Below, one piece after another: positions 26,878 to 39,300 of a DNA stretch of 64,000 nucleotides. Numbering within the stretch: the first letter of the stretch is position 1; the number at the start of each line of letters is the position of its first letter. The notes beneath the pieces were generated by a model. That model ran no database searches. It worked only from the letters and a program-made list of their open reading frames with translations, and had not been told where the DNA came from. The DNA is from Antedon mediterranea (Eukaryota > Animalia > Echinodermata): the NCBI RefSeq assembly GCF_964355755.1, contig NC_092671.1, positions 35,474,304-35,538,303 on the forward strand, read 5' to 3'. The position numbers and the translations under genes were made by a program.

Positions 26878-29800
26878 ATGGGTAAGAATAAGCAAGGCTG
26901 TTATTGTGTCTGTCTTTGGGGAGGTAAAGAAGACCAAGCTCATAATACTAACTACATGAATTCTGAAGTTTCCATGATTGGTAAGTTATTGTTAACCGAA
27001 AGATATCTTTAGGGTAGGCCTACATACTTAATATTTTAAATCCAGGAGTATGTATTGAGGAGTACGACGTGCTAATTGCACGCCTAGTCCTATTAGTATT
27101 ATGAGGGAACAAGATGTACAATCAGAAGTAGACAGGCCCATCAAAATAGCTTGACAAAAATGTGCTGTGCCCAAATATGGTATTGGTATGTCCAAATATG
27201 GTAGTGATACGACATCATCATGTCAATATATGGGCACATCACATATTTTGTCACAAAAAGTTTGTAGACAGAGCTTTAGAATAAAACTCCGTTGTCATCG
27301 TTTTTGAAGAAGAGGATATTTTATAGTGTGCCGTGAGGAGCTTTTTCAATGAAATTAAGTTTTTTAAGTAAACGCGATACTGCGTGATGTTTAATGTCAC
27401 TAGATATGATACCGCTAGTATACAGATGATGTTCTAAGTTGCCCTGTCGTTACGAGCAGAATTATTAGGTTAGTAGTTAGTTTTGTAAAATCACTATCAA
27501 CTTTTTTTTAAAGATCCCAGTACCTTACTAACTGGTAATGACAAGCCATACTCTACGCGAATTTACACAGCAGTCGACGACAATCGGAAACCAACCCGTT
27601 CCGATCATCACTGGTACGAACCGTCCCACTTTCAGCCGAGTCCGAGTCGAGTCATAGATGACGAGCAGGAAGGCGATAAGTATGACAAGCTGAATAGAAG
27701 GCCGACGAAACACGATGAGAAAAAGAAGGCAAAACATTCAACACAAGACATTGATGATAAAAATATATACGACATTCCTGCACCTCTATTTAAAAAGAAA
27801 AACCAAAGCAAAGGTATATATTTTTGCATTATATGTCCAACAAGTTATAATACAGTAGTAACTTTTATACATTATTCGGACATATGAACAATAGTAGCCG
27901 AGGAAGAGGAACTTTTTCTTATAAGGGTTCGAACAAAACATCTTTTTTCCTAAAGTGGTCTTTTCAAATTTGACTAGCAGTGAAATTGTTAGTAAATAGG
28001 CCCAACTATAGTCTGGCTCATGACGATATTTTACCCTTTTAAAAGACTAAATAGAATAGAGAAACCCTTTCTAAAGCTAAAGCTATGTCCACACTATCAA
28101 ACTAGTTTGACAACAAAGTGTAAAGCGCCCAAATATGGTAGTTATATGCCCAAATATGGTAGTGATATGACATCATCATGTCCATATATGGGCACGTCAC
28201 ATTTTTTGTCACATAAAGTTTGATAGTGTAGACCATGTGTAGACAGAGCATTAGATGGGGGATTGACACACCCTGCACGTTACGTTAGGACAAACTGAAT
28301 TAATCACTTCACTAATTATTAGACTAGATGAATAAACATAAAAACTTATATTACTATTGTGCATAGCTCTAAACAAACGCAATGGCATTACAAATCCAAT
28401 TTTCAAAACTGTCACGCGATGATCTCAGTTGAACATTTTTGTTTCTATTGAAGTTTCAATTAATCAAAATTCCCATTCGTATCAAGTTATCATAAATCTC
28501 GACCATATATTGTGATAAAACATGAACATTATTTATGTAGGCCTATCGTATTCATTTTCTTTACTTTATTTCATTTATTTAAGGCCTGTTTATACTACGA
28601 CGATAAATTTATAAACTTAAATTTTTCTTACATGCAACAGAAGAAATTCTAAAAGTTTGTATTCTTAAACATAGAATAACCATTTATTCTTTCTTTGATA
28701 ACAATAACATATTTGTAATCCAATCAAATCACGTCATGATCATTAATAAGAATAAAATCGTTGTATCGTTACGATATTATTTAACTTACTAATCATGACG
28801 TCATTTGATTGGACGTGTGAAAATATTATTTTCATCAAATGCAGCATAGATGGTTATCTTATAGTTATGGTGAAAACTTTTTATTTTGTTTTATGTAGAA
28901 AAATTGCATATTTACCAATTTATCGTCGATCGTTATCGTTCTAGTGTAAATGGGCCTTCACTGACGTCACGTCCTCTCACTCAATAGTTAAAGCTTATAT
29001 AGATATTTCATTGCAAATAAAAATGTGAAAAATACATCAATCACAGAAAAAACAATTGAAAATGATTATAAATAGATATTTGTTTTCAGCTGTGAAACAA
29101 AGATCAATGAGCTATTATTTATAACTCAAGATAAAAAGATGCAAATAAAAGTAAATATAATTAAATTTTAAACCTTGGAATTTTAGCAGGAAATATACAA
29201 AATAAAGTTTACCCTAATTCTCATTTTTGTTTTGACAAAATATAACTTTTTTTTAAATGAGAGTAAAGATGGAAATGTTAATGCCATTTAAATATATAAA
29301 CATTTTTTTAATCGAAATATTATTTTTAAAAGTGATTAATAACATATTCAAAGTCTCATTTAATTAATCTTCATTTTTCATGTTTTTGGGGAACAATAAA
29401 TCTTTAAACTATGTTTAAAAAAAATCCATTTTTAAGCGCATAGGCCTATAGTTTTCATGGGCCTTTACAATAAACTTGTTACTGTTGTTTTCTAATGTTA
29501 TCAGCTATGAAAAGGAACCAATATAGCCGTGATCCACTAACACGGACTGTAGAAAATAATTCCGACCAAAATGACGAAACTAACAGTTCAAACGCCAAAG
29601 AAGAAAGAATAGAACCATCACCAATACAGAGTGCCTCACCGAAACGATACATAGATGATGATAATATATACGACGTACCAAAATCTATATTTAAGAAGTT
29701 AACATTAAGAAGAAATAAGCCTGATCGAAAAGGTAAACTGAGATAACGAAATAAAATTCTCCCAATCAATTTCGGACAATCAAATTTTGGACAATTAAGC

Positions 29801-32800
29801 GAATGTACCAAATCATAAATGAATTAAATTTGTTATGGTAAAGTGTATTTTTCTCTACAATATCAATTGCGTAATCCAGCTTTATTTCTATATCAAGGAG
29901 AAGGGTAAATATTACTAAAAATGGTTTTGTTAATCGTCTTCCAAAGTTATACCACTCGCTGTGTAAAGTTGATGGTTCTGTTGATATTTTTTTTATTTGC
30001 TTGCTTGTTTCCGTCATAATGTTTTGTCTAATGTCACTAATATCTAAATGTTGTTTTGTTATCTGTAAATTTGTGCATGTACAGTTATTCAATGGTGACG
30101 TACCGTATGGTCACTGTGGGTTGATGATGAAATAGAATAAATAAATTTAAAAAAATAAGTTATTGGGACGTGAAAAATATATTGTACTTCCGATCCAATT
30201 GACAAAATATAGCCTCCTATTGCTCTTAGCAAAGTTTTTGAAGTCTGAGCATGGCCTACCACCACTAAAAAAGTGTTTTTTCATGTATAATTTTCGTACA
30301 CCATTTTAAATGCCAGTTGAAGCCAGTTTAAACTGGCACATCTTGCTGGCAAAAGCTGTTTCAGAGAAACTCTGTAGGCCTACATATCTAAATGCAGACT
30401 TACTTAATGTAGTATCTGTGAACTTTTTTCTTTGTTTTTTTGTAGACGATAATTCAACGAACTCACGTGTCATTGAACGAAAACGAAAAGGAGAACATAC
30501 AAAAAACAAGTGCACAAAAACCGATGACGTCAAAACTAATGACACTGTAGTTTCGGGAAGAAGACAGGTGGAATATGAAACCATGTATGACGGTTCATTT
30601 TTTAAGAGACTTACTCTTGGTAGGAAAAAAACTAACCAAAAAGGTAATATTTATAGAATTTAAAAAAATTTAAAAAGGTATATTAAAATTGAAATCAGTT
30701 TTCTATTGACCTAGAACAGGTTCAAATATATACAGTATTATCGATAACTTCGTCCCTCCGTAAATTTGTTGTTTCTTAATATAGATAGAATGTCAAAGGT
30801 CACGTCTGATGATGATACCAGAGAAAATTCACAAAATACTAAGACGGGCGTGTCTAACAAACACCAACGAGAAATTGATGACGAAAATATTTATGATGTA
30901 CCAACTTCTATCTTTAAAAAGCTAACGTTGAGAAGACAAAAACGTGAGGAAAAATGTATTTAACTTTATAATGTGTCGTGATTTACTTTCTCATAATATC
31001 AAGCCTTAAAAAATGATGAAGAAAATACAAAATATTGTTTGAATTATAACAAAAACCATAAATAAGTTATTAATTTTACATCTATATGTAGCTTACCATA
31101 TTATTTCTCAATGTAGATAAAAAAGATGAACGGGAAAAGTCGCACAATTCTAAGACGGACATTTCTAACGAACAACAACGACAAAACGATGGTAGGAAAG
31201 AGTCACACAATTCTAAGACGGGAATGTCTAATGAACATCAACGACAGAACGACGACGGAGAAGAGTCACACAATTATACGACGGGAATGTCTAATGAACA
31301 TCAACGACAGAACGACGACAGCGAAGAGTCACACAATTCTAGGACGGGAATTTCTAATGAACATCAGCGGCAGAACGACGACAGCGAAGAGTCACACAAT
31401 TCTAAGACGGGAATGTCTAATGAACATCAACGACAGAACGACGACAGCGAAGAGTCACACAATTCGAAGACGGGAATGTCTAATGAACATCAACGACAGA
31501 ACGACGACAAAAAAGAGTCACACAATTCTACGACGGGAATATCTAATGAACATCAACGACAGAACGACGACAGCGAAGAGTCACGCAATTCTAAGACGGG
31601 AATGTCTAATGAACATCAACGACAGAACGACGACAGCGAAGAGTCACACAATTCTAGGACGGGCGTGTCTAACAAATACCAACGAAAGAAATATTACGAA
31701 AATATATATGATGTTCAAAGTTCTATATTTAAAAAGTTGACACTGAGAAGACAAAAACGTGAGGAAAGTGTAAAACTTATAAAACCATTATTCATAAGAT
31801 CATCTCTAATATCTATAGTAAAGTATAACTGGGAAATGGGTTTAAAGATCCTAATAGCAGAAGATTTGTTTTAATTGAGTTTTCATTTCAAAATGTAATT
31901 GTCCATTCTTCTTCAAGATATTTCTTTCGTGGTATTTTAGTGTATCCGTTACTATGTTATAGTCTCAGTGGCAGGATTTCACACAGTCACAGAATGTACC
32001 AACAGTAAATATGGTTTTGTCCAGATACAGTTTTATTTAAATATTCAATATATTACAGTCTGTCCTGGCTATATTACATACCTTTTCTTCTCTCTATTAT
32101 AAACGTGTTATTATCTACCAAGCTCTCTTTTTCTTCTCACCAGTACATCCATATTTAAGGAACGGTCCTAATTAATATTCATGTAGGCCTACTGGGAGGG
32201 GACTATTTAGTAAAGGAAACATTTCTTGATGATGAGGAAACAGTAATTGATTAAGGATGTGGGGTATAGGAGAGGGAACAAAGAGTACCTAGGGATAGGA
32301 AGAAACCATTAGGAATGTTAATAGATGGAGTAGGGAGAAATAGTGTAAAAGGGTTGTTGACCTGATGGTCAGAGTGTTACATAATTGATTTTCATTTTAA
32401 AATGTAATTGTCCAATCTTCTTCAAGATATTTCTTCTCTCTAAAACAATATATAACTCCAAAATGGAACCCTTAGTATGACTATTGTAATTGATTTTCAT
32501 TTAAAAATGTCCAATCATTTTCAACATATTTCTTCACTCTCTGTCTACTCACCCCATAGGTGAATCCAAGATTACTACTGACGCTGCGGACGTGACAAAG
32601 ACAGGTCAAGATTTGAAACACAGCACTGAATCTATCAACGTACATATCGAGTCGTGTGAACACAACGTTGAACAAGAAAGATATAATAAAAATGAAGATA
32701 AACAGAATGTAAAGAGAAAGAGTTGGTTCAAAAAACAAAAACAGATTGAAGCCGAAAGTTTATATGATGTTCCAAGTTCTATATTTAAAAAGTTGACGCT

Positions 32801-32858
32801 GAGAAGACAAAAACGTGAGGAAAAGTGCAAAATAAAACTTCATAGATGGTTAGATTAG
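26878..32858 (+). CDS. Unrecognised ~650-aa disordered protein (paralog B): MG plus Cys-cluster N-terminus and repeated NIYDVP-SIFKKLTLRR modules
   Basis: Exons 26878-26980 (MGKNKQGCYCVCLWGG..), 27514-27813, 29505-29732, 30446-30643, 30785-30955, 31117-31767, 32560-32858. Internal exons are all phase 1-1 with lengths divisible by 3, stop-free, and end in a homologous tyrosine/polybasic module. The 3' terminus is uncertain because the last donors are weak or mutated. Confidence 0.75.
28582..28957. mobile_element. ~375-bp palindromic MITE
   Basis: aggcctgtttatactacgacgataa ... ttatcgttctagtgtaaatgggcct inverted termini plus internal inverted segments. Confidence 0.6.
31140..31685 (+). repeat. 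Coding 60-bp tandem repeat (~9 units, SHNSKTGMSNEHQRQNDDSEE-type)
   Basis: Near-identical 60-nt units (gagtcacacaattctaagacgggaatgtctaatgaacatcaacgacagaacgacgacagcgaa) inside exon 31117-31767. Confidence 0.95.
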
Positions 32859-33171
32859 AGTTTTTAAAAAATAAAATGTATTTTTCATTTCGAAATGAAA
32901 TGGTCAAACTGACTTCCGAGTGTTATGGTTAAGAGCATACGTTAATTGATGTTATTGGAATAAGACAACTAACATAATTAAACATATTATTCTTTTTTCT
33001 TTTTAAATAAAGTTTTCATTTTGAAATGGAATAGTCAAATCTACTTCCGAGTGTTAGCGTAAAAAAAGTAGAGTAAAAATAATCACATGTAATTTAGATA
33101 AGATGGTTAAGTGCATACTTTAATTGAAGTGATTGGACCAAAACAATTCTTTCTCTCTCTTTCTACCCTAG

Positions 33172-34020
33172 GTAAATCAAAGATTCCGATTGACGATGTG
33201 GAGGATGTGACACAGAAAGATTTGAAACAAAGTAGTAAATCTATCAACGTGCATATCGAACCATAATGATCAACAAGAAAGAAGACACATGAAAAGGGTA
33301 GACTTCTAGGCCTATATTATTATTAGTATTAAGCTCTGTCTACACTATCAAACTTTCTTTATGTGAACAAAATGTGATGTGCCCATATAATGGACATGAT
33401 GATCCTATATTTCGGCATTTAATCGTAAAAAAATCGTATACTCGATCTCTAACAAAACATTTCAATCTTCTATCAACTAAAGCCGAAGTATAGTCATGTC
33501 CCGGAAGACTTTCTTCATCAGTGCTTCTATGAACATGTCTTTTGGGAGCAGGAACGCTAGTAGACCAAACCCAGTACCGTTTTGATTCTGATCATTCGGG
33601 AAATTTCCTCATGACGTCCGAGACGATCACGAATATATTCCTCATTTTTGCTATTTTTATTTCACATATACAATTGTTGTAGTATAGTTATTTTATTTTG
33701 GTGAAACCAGGCTTAACGCTCTCTTGAGCTTATCTGGTCTTTTACAGGCTTTGGATCTTTTAATTAAAACTTTATAATTAATCTTTAATAACTGAATGAA
33801 TGAAAACAGTCTTTTAAAGTATATTGACACATAATTTGTTGTTTTTCTTATTACAGGTGACGGAAAGGATCAACCATGTTGACTGCAAAGTAGAGAAGAG
33901 GTGAAAGTAGATTATAGAAAAACTTAAATAAATAATGCCAACGAAAACAACCGAAAAAATACCAGTCTTTACGAAGAATCCGTTTTCGTAGAGGCGGAAT
34001 AAAACAAAAACAAAAAGGGG
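33172..34020 (+). pseudogene. Degenerate duplicated exons of paralog B
   Basis: 33172-33297 is a diverged copy of the 32560 exon (KSKIPIDDVEDVTQKDLKQSSKSINVHIE) with an indel producing TAA TGA. 33857-~34020 has a good acceptor and similar composition (..NTSLYEESVF) but in-frame stops. Confidence 0.55.
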
Positions 34021-35480
34021 GTAGGAAAAGCGTTAATATTGTCACCAGACCACGGACATAAAGACAGCTACGACTAACTTACAATTATAATTATTGCGAG
34101 AATATGACAATGGAGATGCCACTGTTCACTTCTTTATATTTCTGAGAAAAATAGAACTTAACTTGCTTGATTAAATGGATAAAATGAAGGACAATTTTAA
34201 AGTGAAAATAGTAGATCTATAATAACATTATCTTTGCATTGTTTGAAGGTTGCCAAAGCGAAATTAATATGTTGATATAAAGTTTGTGGTACAGTACACC
34301 ACGTGTGTATGCACGTGGTGTACCGCAAACTTGATATCAAAATATATATTACCTTTCTGTCTACACTATCAAACTTTATGTGACAAAACATAAGTGATGG
34401 ACCCAAATATGGTAGTGATATGACGCCATCGTGTCTAATTTATGGGCACATCACTTTTTTGGTCGAATAAATAAGATAGTATAGACAGAGATTTAGGTAA
34501 AAAAAGTTACAGGTAAAGGTTAGAACAAGTATTGTAGTAATATAGTTTTAAGCATCCATACCGGGACGTAAGTCAAATAAGCCCCAGCGATTTAAGTTCA
34601 GAGCGTCATTTACATAATCATTATTGATCATTATGATGTAATGTATATACAATTTTGCTACCATATTTTTAATATTTTTATAAAATTGTTTATAAACAAA
34701 CTTGATGGTGTTTATTTTCTGCATATGTTTAAATTATTAAAAAATACTCATGGAGAAATTCATGTTCTGCCAATAAAGAATGCCTTTTTTTCTTTCGAAG
34801 TCTACATAGTTATCCTGAACAAGAGTAGTTGATTACACATACATACATACTGACGGACTTATATAATACAGATGAAAAACAACGGACTCGGCCGACATGC
34901 TTCATTTTAGGTGTTGTGCTCAACAACAATTAATCTCTGTCTACACTATCAAACTAGTTTGACAAACAAAGTGATGTGCCCAAATATGGAACTGATATGC
35001 TCAAATATGGAAGTAATATGACATCATCATGTTCATATATGGGCACATCACATTTTTGATAGTGTAGACAGAGCTTTACTTAAGGCGCCAATGTTATCTC
35101 GTTTTTTCAGTAAAAACAATTTGGCAATGATGTAAAGAATTAAACACCTTTTATTGAATTCCGAAGTTTTTAATATATAGATTTACATGCTAATATAGCA
35201 ATCCAAACCAACTTTAAATTAATAAATAAATAAGAAACACCAAGATCATACTCAGAAAATGGTGGAATATATAATTATATAAAAGTTTAAGTAGCCCAAT
35301 ACCATAAAAATCCCAACTCTTTACAGAGATTAAATTAGCTTTCAATCTAGTATTTGATTGAAGTCAATATAATAACCATGATTCTGTTTAATGATATGAA
35401 TGCATTTCCAATAAAAAAATAATTTATACAATATAGTCTTGAAATAATTTCATTTGGATACTAATATTACAGAAGATAAA

Positions 35481-35750
35481 TTTTTTGTTGTTGATCCAAT
35501 AGATTGAAAGTACTACAAAGTACAACAACGTTTCTCAAACAATCAGTTTTCTTGATCTTGGTTACAGTCTGGTCAATATATGTCAATGTAGCAGAAGAAA
35601 AACACAGCGCCCTCAAAGACACTGAGGTGATGCATTGACCAGACTGTGAACCAAGATCAACAGTCTACTTTAGAAAGTAAACATAATGTTTGAGAAACGT
35701 TGTTGTTAGTACCGTTTTAAGTACTTTTAATCTATTGGATCAACAAAAAA
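35481..35750. repeat. Long imperfect palindrome (inverted retroelement remnant or MITE)
   Basis: tgttgatccaatagatt..aacaacgtttctcaaaca..ttgatcttggtt.acagtctggtcaat is mirrored in the right half. Confidence 0.7.
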
Positions 35751-36326
35751 GAAAACCGTCTCTTCTTTTATACAATAGGAACTTTACGAAACACGACAGG
35801 AAGCCAGAAGACGGTGCTCATGAATAATTTATGCATAAGAGCTTTAACAAACTGCCCGGAGCTTAGTGTGAAATTCCGTCGTCTTAACTTTTTGAGGACG
35901 CCCGTTTACGGAGAACAACTAGAAATAATGTACATACAGTATAACCTTAAATACACAGTTCAAATTACACTTAAACGTGGAAATTTCAAAACTCTAAGTA
36001 ATATTTGTTTAACGAAATAATATTTTTATTCATTTAAAATGGCTGTGTTAAAAGCAATACATTCTGCGCGGTGTTTGAATGTGAGGCTCCTAGCTAGAAA
36101 GGCTAGGCCTATGCTGTATCACCAGAGCCAAGCGATTCAAAAGGGCCACGCGGCATGAGAGGGATCGGAGAGAGATACTGGCGCCGGTCGTCGTCTTTGC
36201 GCAAGGGTTCGTAACTAATAAAACGACTATGTTGACTGTATATGATTTTACGCTCTAGCGAACACAGGATATTCCTCGTCCTCCCCTAACCGTCGTGTTT
36301 CGTAAAGTCTCTTATATAGGCCCACA

Positions 36327-39300
36327 CTAGTATCCTGCTTCAATGTTCACGATATACTTCAGATCCTCCCCATTGACATAGCGCCAGTAACTCTCAATAA
36401 AACATGCGGCAACCTAAAATAATAAAACATTTTATATTTAATTTTTTTTATTTCTTTAGTATACTACTCCTTGTATATGGTTTCATTATTATTTCACAAT
36501 TTAATATGTGCGATATTTTGTTCATAATTTATCACTATCCTAAGTCAGGTTTGGTAAAACTTCATGATTTCAGTGTTCAGCAAAAATTGGATCGAAAAAA
36601 CAATTATTTACATGAAAAAACTGTAATTTACGCATAAAAAAAGTCAAATTGATTAAATTAGTCTTTGGTTGAATTTAACCGTTTGTTTTTTGAAAAAACT
36701 ATTTTGTTAAACTTGTAAAAGTGATACTCTGTAAAAGCATTCACGGCAAAATATGCCACAATGCAATACATGATTAAATTTATGAAAATAAAGTTAAAGT
36801 AAGAAAGTTTAAAAGAGTTATACTTACATCCTTGCCAAATGACAAACCAGCTTCGTGCGGTGATATTGTTATCTAAAACAACGTTCAACCGAAAGATAAT
36901 ATTATTACATTTTAAAACAGGTTAAAGATGTATTGTCTCCCTAAATCATGAAAAATAAAGATCTATAAAATCAGACTTTTAATATGTCATTTTTCAGTTT
37001 CAATAAAGTTATTCACTTCAATAGAAAAAAAAATGAAAAAAATAATGATTTCACTCATAAAAAGACAAAATAAACAGTTAAATTTAACCAATTACAAACG
37101 TTCAATTTGACTATTTATTTGCTTTAAATGACAGTTTTTGGTCGAAATGAATAACTATTATTTAACATTAAGATGACATATTAAAACAAAATATTGTAAG
37201 CAATTATTTTTTCAGGGGGACAATATACCTTTAAAATTCTATTTCAATTTACTAATAAATTCCATTTTTCTATTTAATTTTGACCATTGTTTCACTGTGT
37301 CCAAAGACGGCATTTAACAGCAAATGTCTAAAAAACTGTTATATAATAGGGATGTGTTTAAAATTCTTTTAAATTGAATTTACAGTCATTTTCCATTCCA
37401 TAACCTTTCCATCGCAACCAACATTATAATTAGAAATACATTTAATATAATAGTAAATTTCAAAATTGATGTTCAAAATAATAACGTACCTCTTTCATGT
37501 TCCACAGTAGGCTTTCTTTAGGTAAAGGTTCAACAGGAAACACATCCAAAATAGCGTGTGAAATCCACTTTTCTCTTTAAAAAAAATGGAGCAAAGCAGT
37601 TTTTATTTTTGAAAGATGCTAGTACTGTATATGTGGAATCATGAATACAATAATTTTAATCACTAATATGATAACAATTATCAAAAATGTAATGTAAAAT
37701 TAATGCACAAGGAGTCACAATGCAATAAAATGTATTATACAGATTACAGAGATATAATACGAAACAAAAGAACACTTTAGGATTGGGGAAACAGTCAAAA
37801 GAATTACAAATTCAGCGTTAAGGACAAAATTATATGACAAGAAAAAATGTTTTAAAAAATTCATTGAAGAAAGGGAAAACAGTCACAATCATTGAGCAAC
37901 AATTCTAAATTTAAAATAAATTTGAAAAAAATTAATACTTTATGGCTTTGATGATACTATCTTCTGTCATTACGTCACCTCTTCCAATGTTGATAAAAAT
38001 TGGTTTCTACAAATGCAAAATAAATTGACTGAATATAGTATAAAAATAAAAAACTTATATTAATTAATTAATATTAATCTACTATGACATATTATATTAT
38101 TATTTTCTTATATTTGTATATTACATTTTTTATAGTTTTATTCGGTTTCAACAAAAGATTACAAGACAATATGAATACAAAAAATTTACAAGCAAATACA
38201 TAAATAAAAAAACCAAGGATAGCCCATAAAGTCAGAAGAAAAATCAACTTAATTCCAATGGGGACTTTACAAACTGCACAATACATTTTTTACACTATAT
38301 TTTTATATCTGTTTTTGTTATGCGAGACATTTCCAGTTTATTTGGACAATAAAAGCTTTTTTAAAAGTACCTTTTCTTTTGCACCTGCCAAGACATCACC
38401 TGATAAAAAGCCTATAGTTTCAGAAGTACTTGGTAAAACATTGCATATTACGTCACAATTTGATAAAAGAACAGGCAAATCAGAAGCTAAACTGAAAAAC
38501 ACCCAAATATCAGGTAGTTAATTTTTATCACCTAATTTATGTTAACTGGTTGGCACGTTTGTGGTTCAGATTTTGAAATAGGTCAGGAGAATGTAGAGGA
38601 TCAACTTAGTGTGTCAGGAATTGGATTAAGGCAAGCATATACCATGGAGGTAAAAAAATTTGATCTCTATGCACATGCAAGTCTATTATACTATTATAAA
38701 AAGGAGTATCTGGACTAACTACAATATGATACGATATCATTTATTGTCACAAATGAAATTAGGTTGGTTGGTTCGCATTTTGATTTACAAAAAGTACAAT
38801 TATACAATACAAAAAAAAAAGAAAGCATGTAACCAATGAATCTAAAGAGACCTTACAAACTTGCTATTAAATACATGAATTGAATTATAAACAAATGATT
38901 GTCGGCAGCGTTTAGTGTTTTGATTCAAAGTGATCAGTCTACCAATTTGACTGAGCTTAAAGAATTTATTTAGAGGGTGATCGGGATGCTGACAAATTTT
39001 ATTTCAGACTGCTACTGTATATGAAAAATACAAATATACATAAACAAGTCTATGAAAAGCAGCCAGTATTTTGTTTAAACCCTGCCTGCTAGAAACAATT
39101 TCCACTTATCTACTCACAATAATCTACACAATAGTAAGTAATACCATGTTAATACAGTAATAATAAAACTATAAATACATATTTAAATTTTATGGGAACT
39201 TACAAAAGCACAAGTACTGAACAATAAAACATATGAAATTATACAGTACAATCCTTATGAAGGGAATACTTTCTGGACTCAACAAAGTATCTCCTTAATA

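Noticed and set aside
31126-31740. 204-aa ORF (MNGKSRTILRR..) in the alternative frame
   Set aside because: Shadow frame of the 60-bp repeat; only the other frame fits the splice phases and carries the conserved module.
33481-33526. Minus-strand CTGATGA followed by a short stem (possible hammerhead)
   Set aside because: The required GAAA core is absent; at most a decayed remnant.
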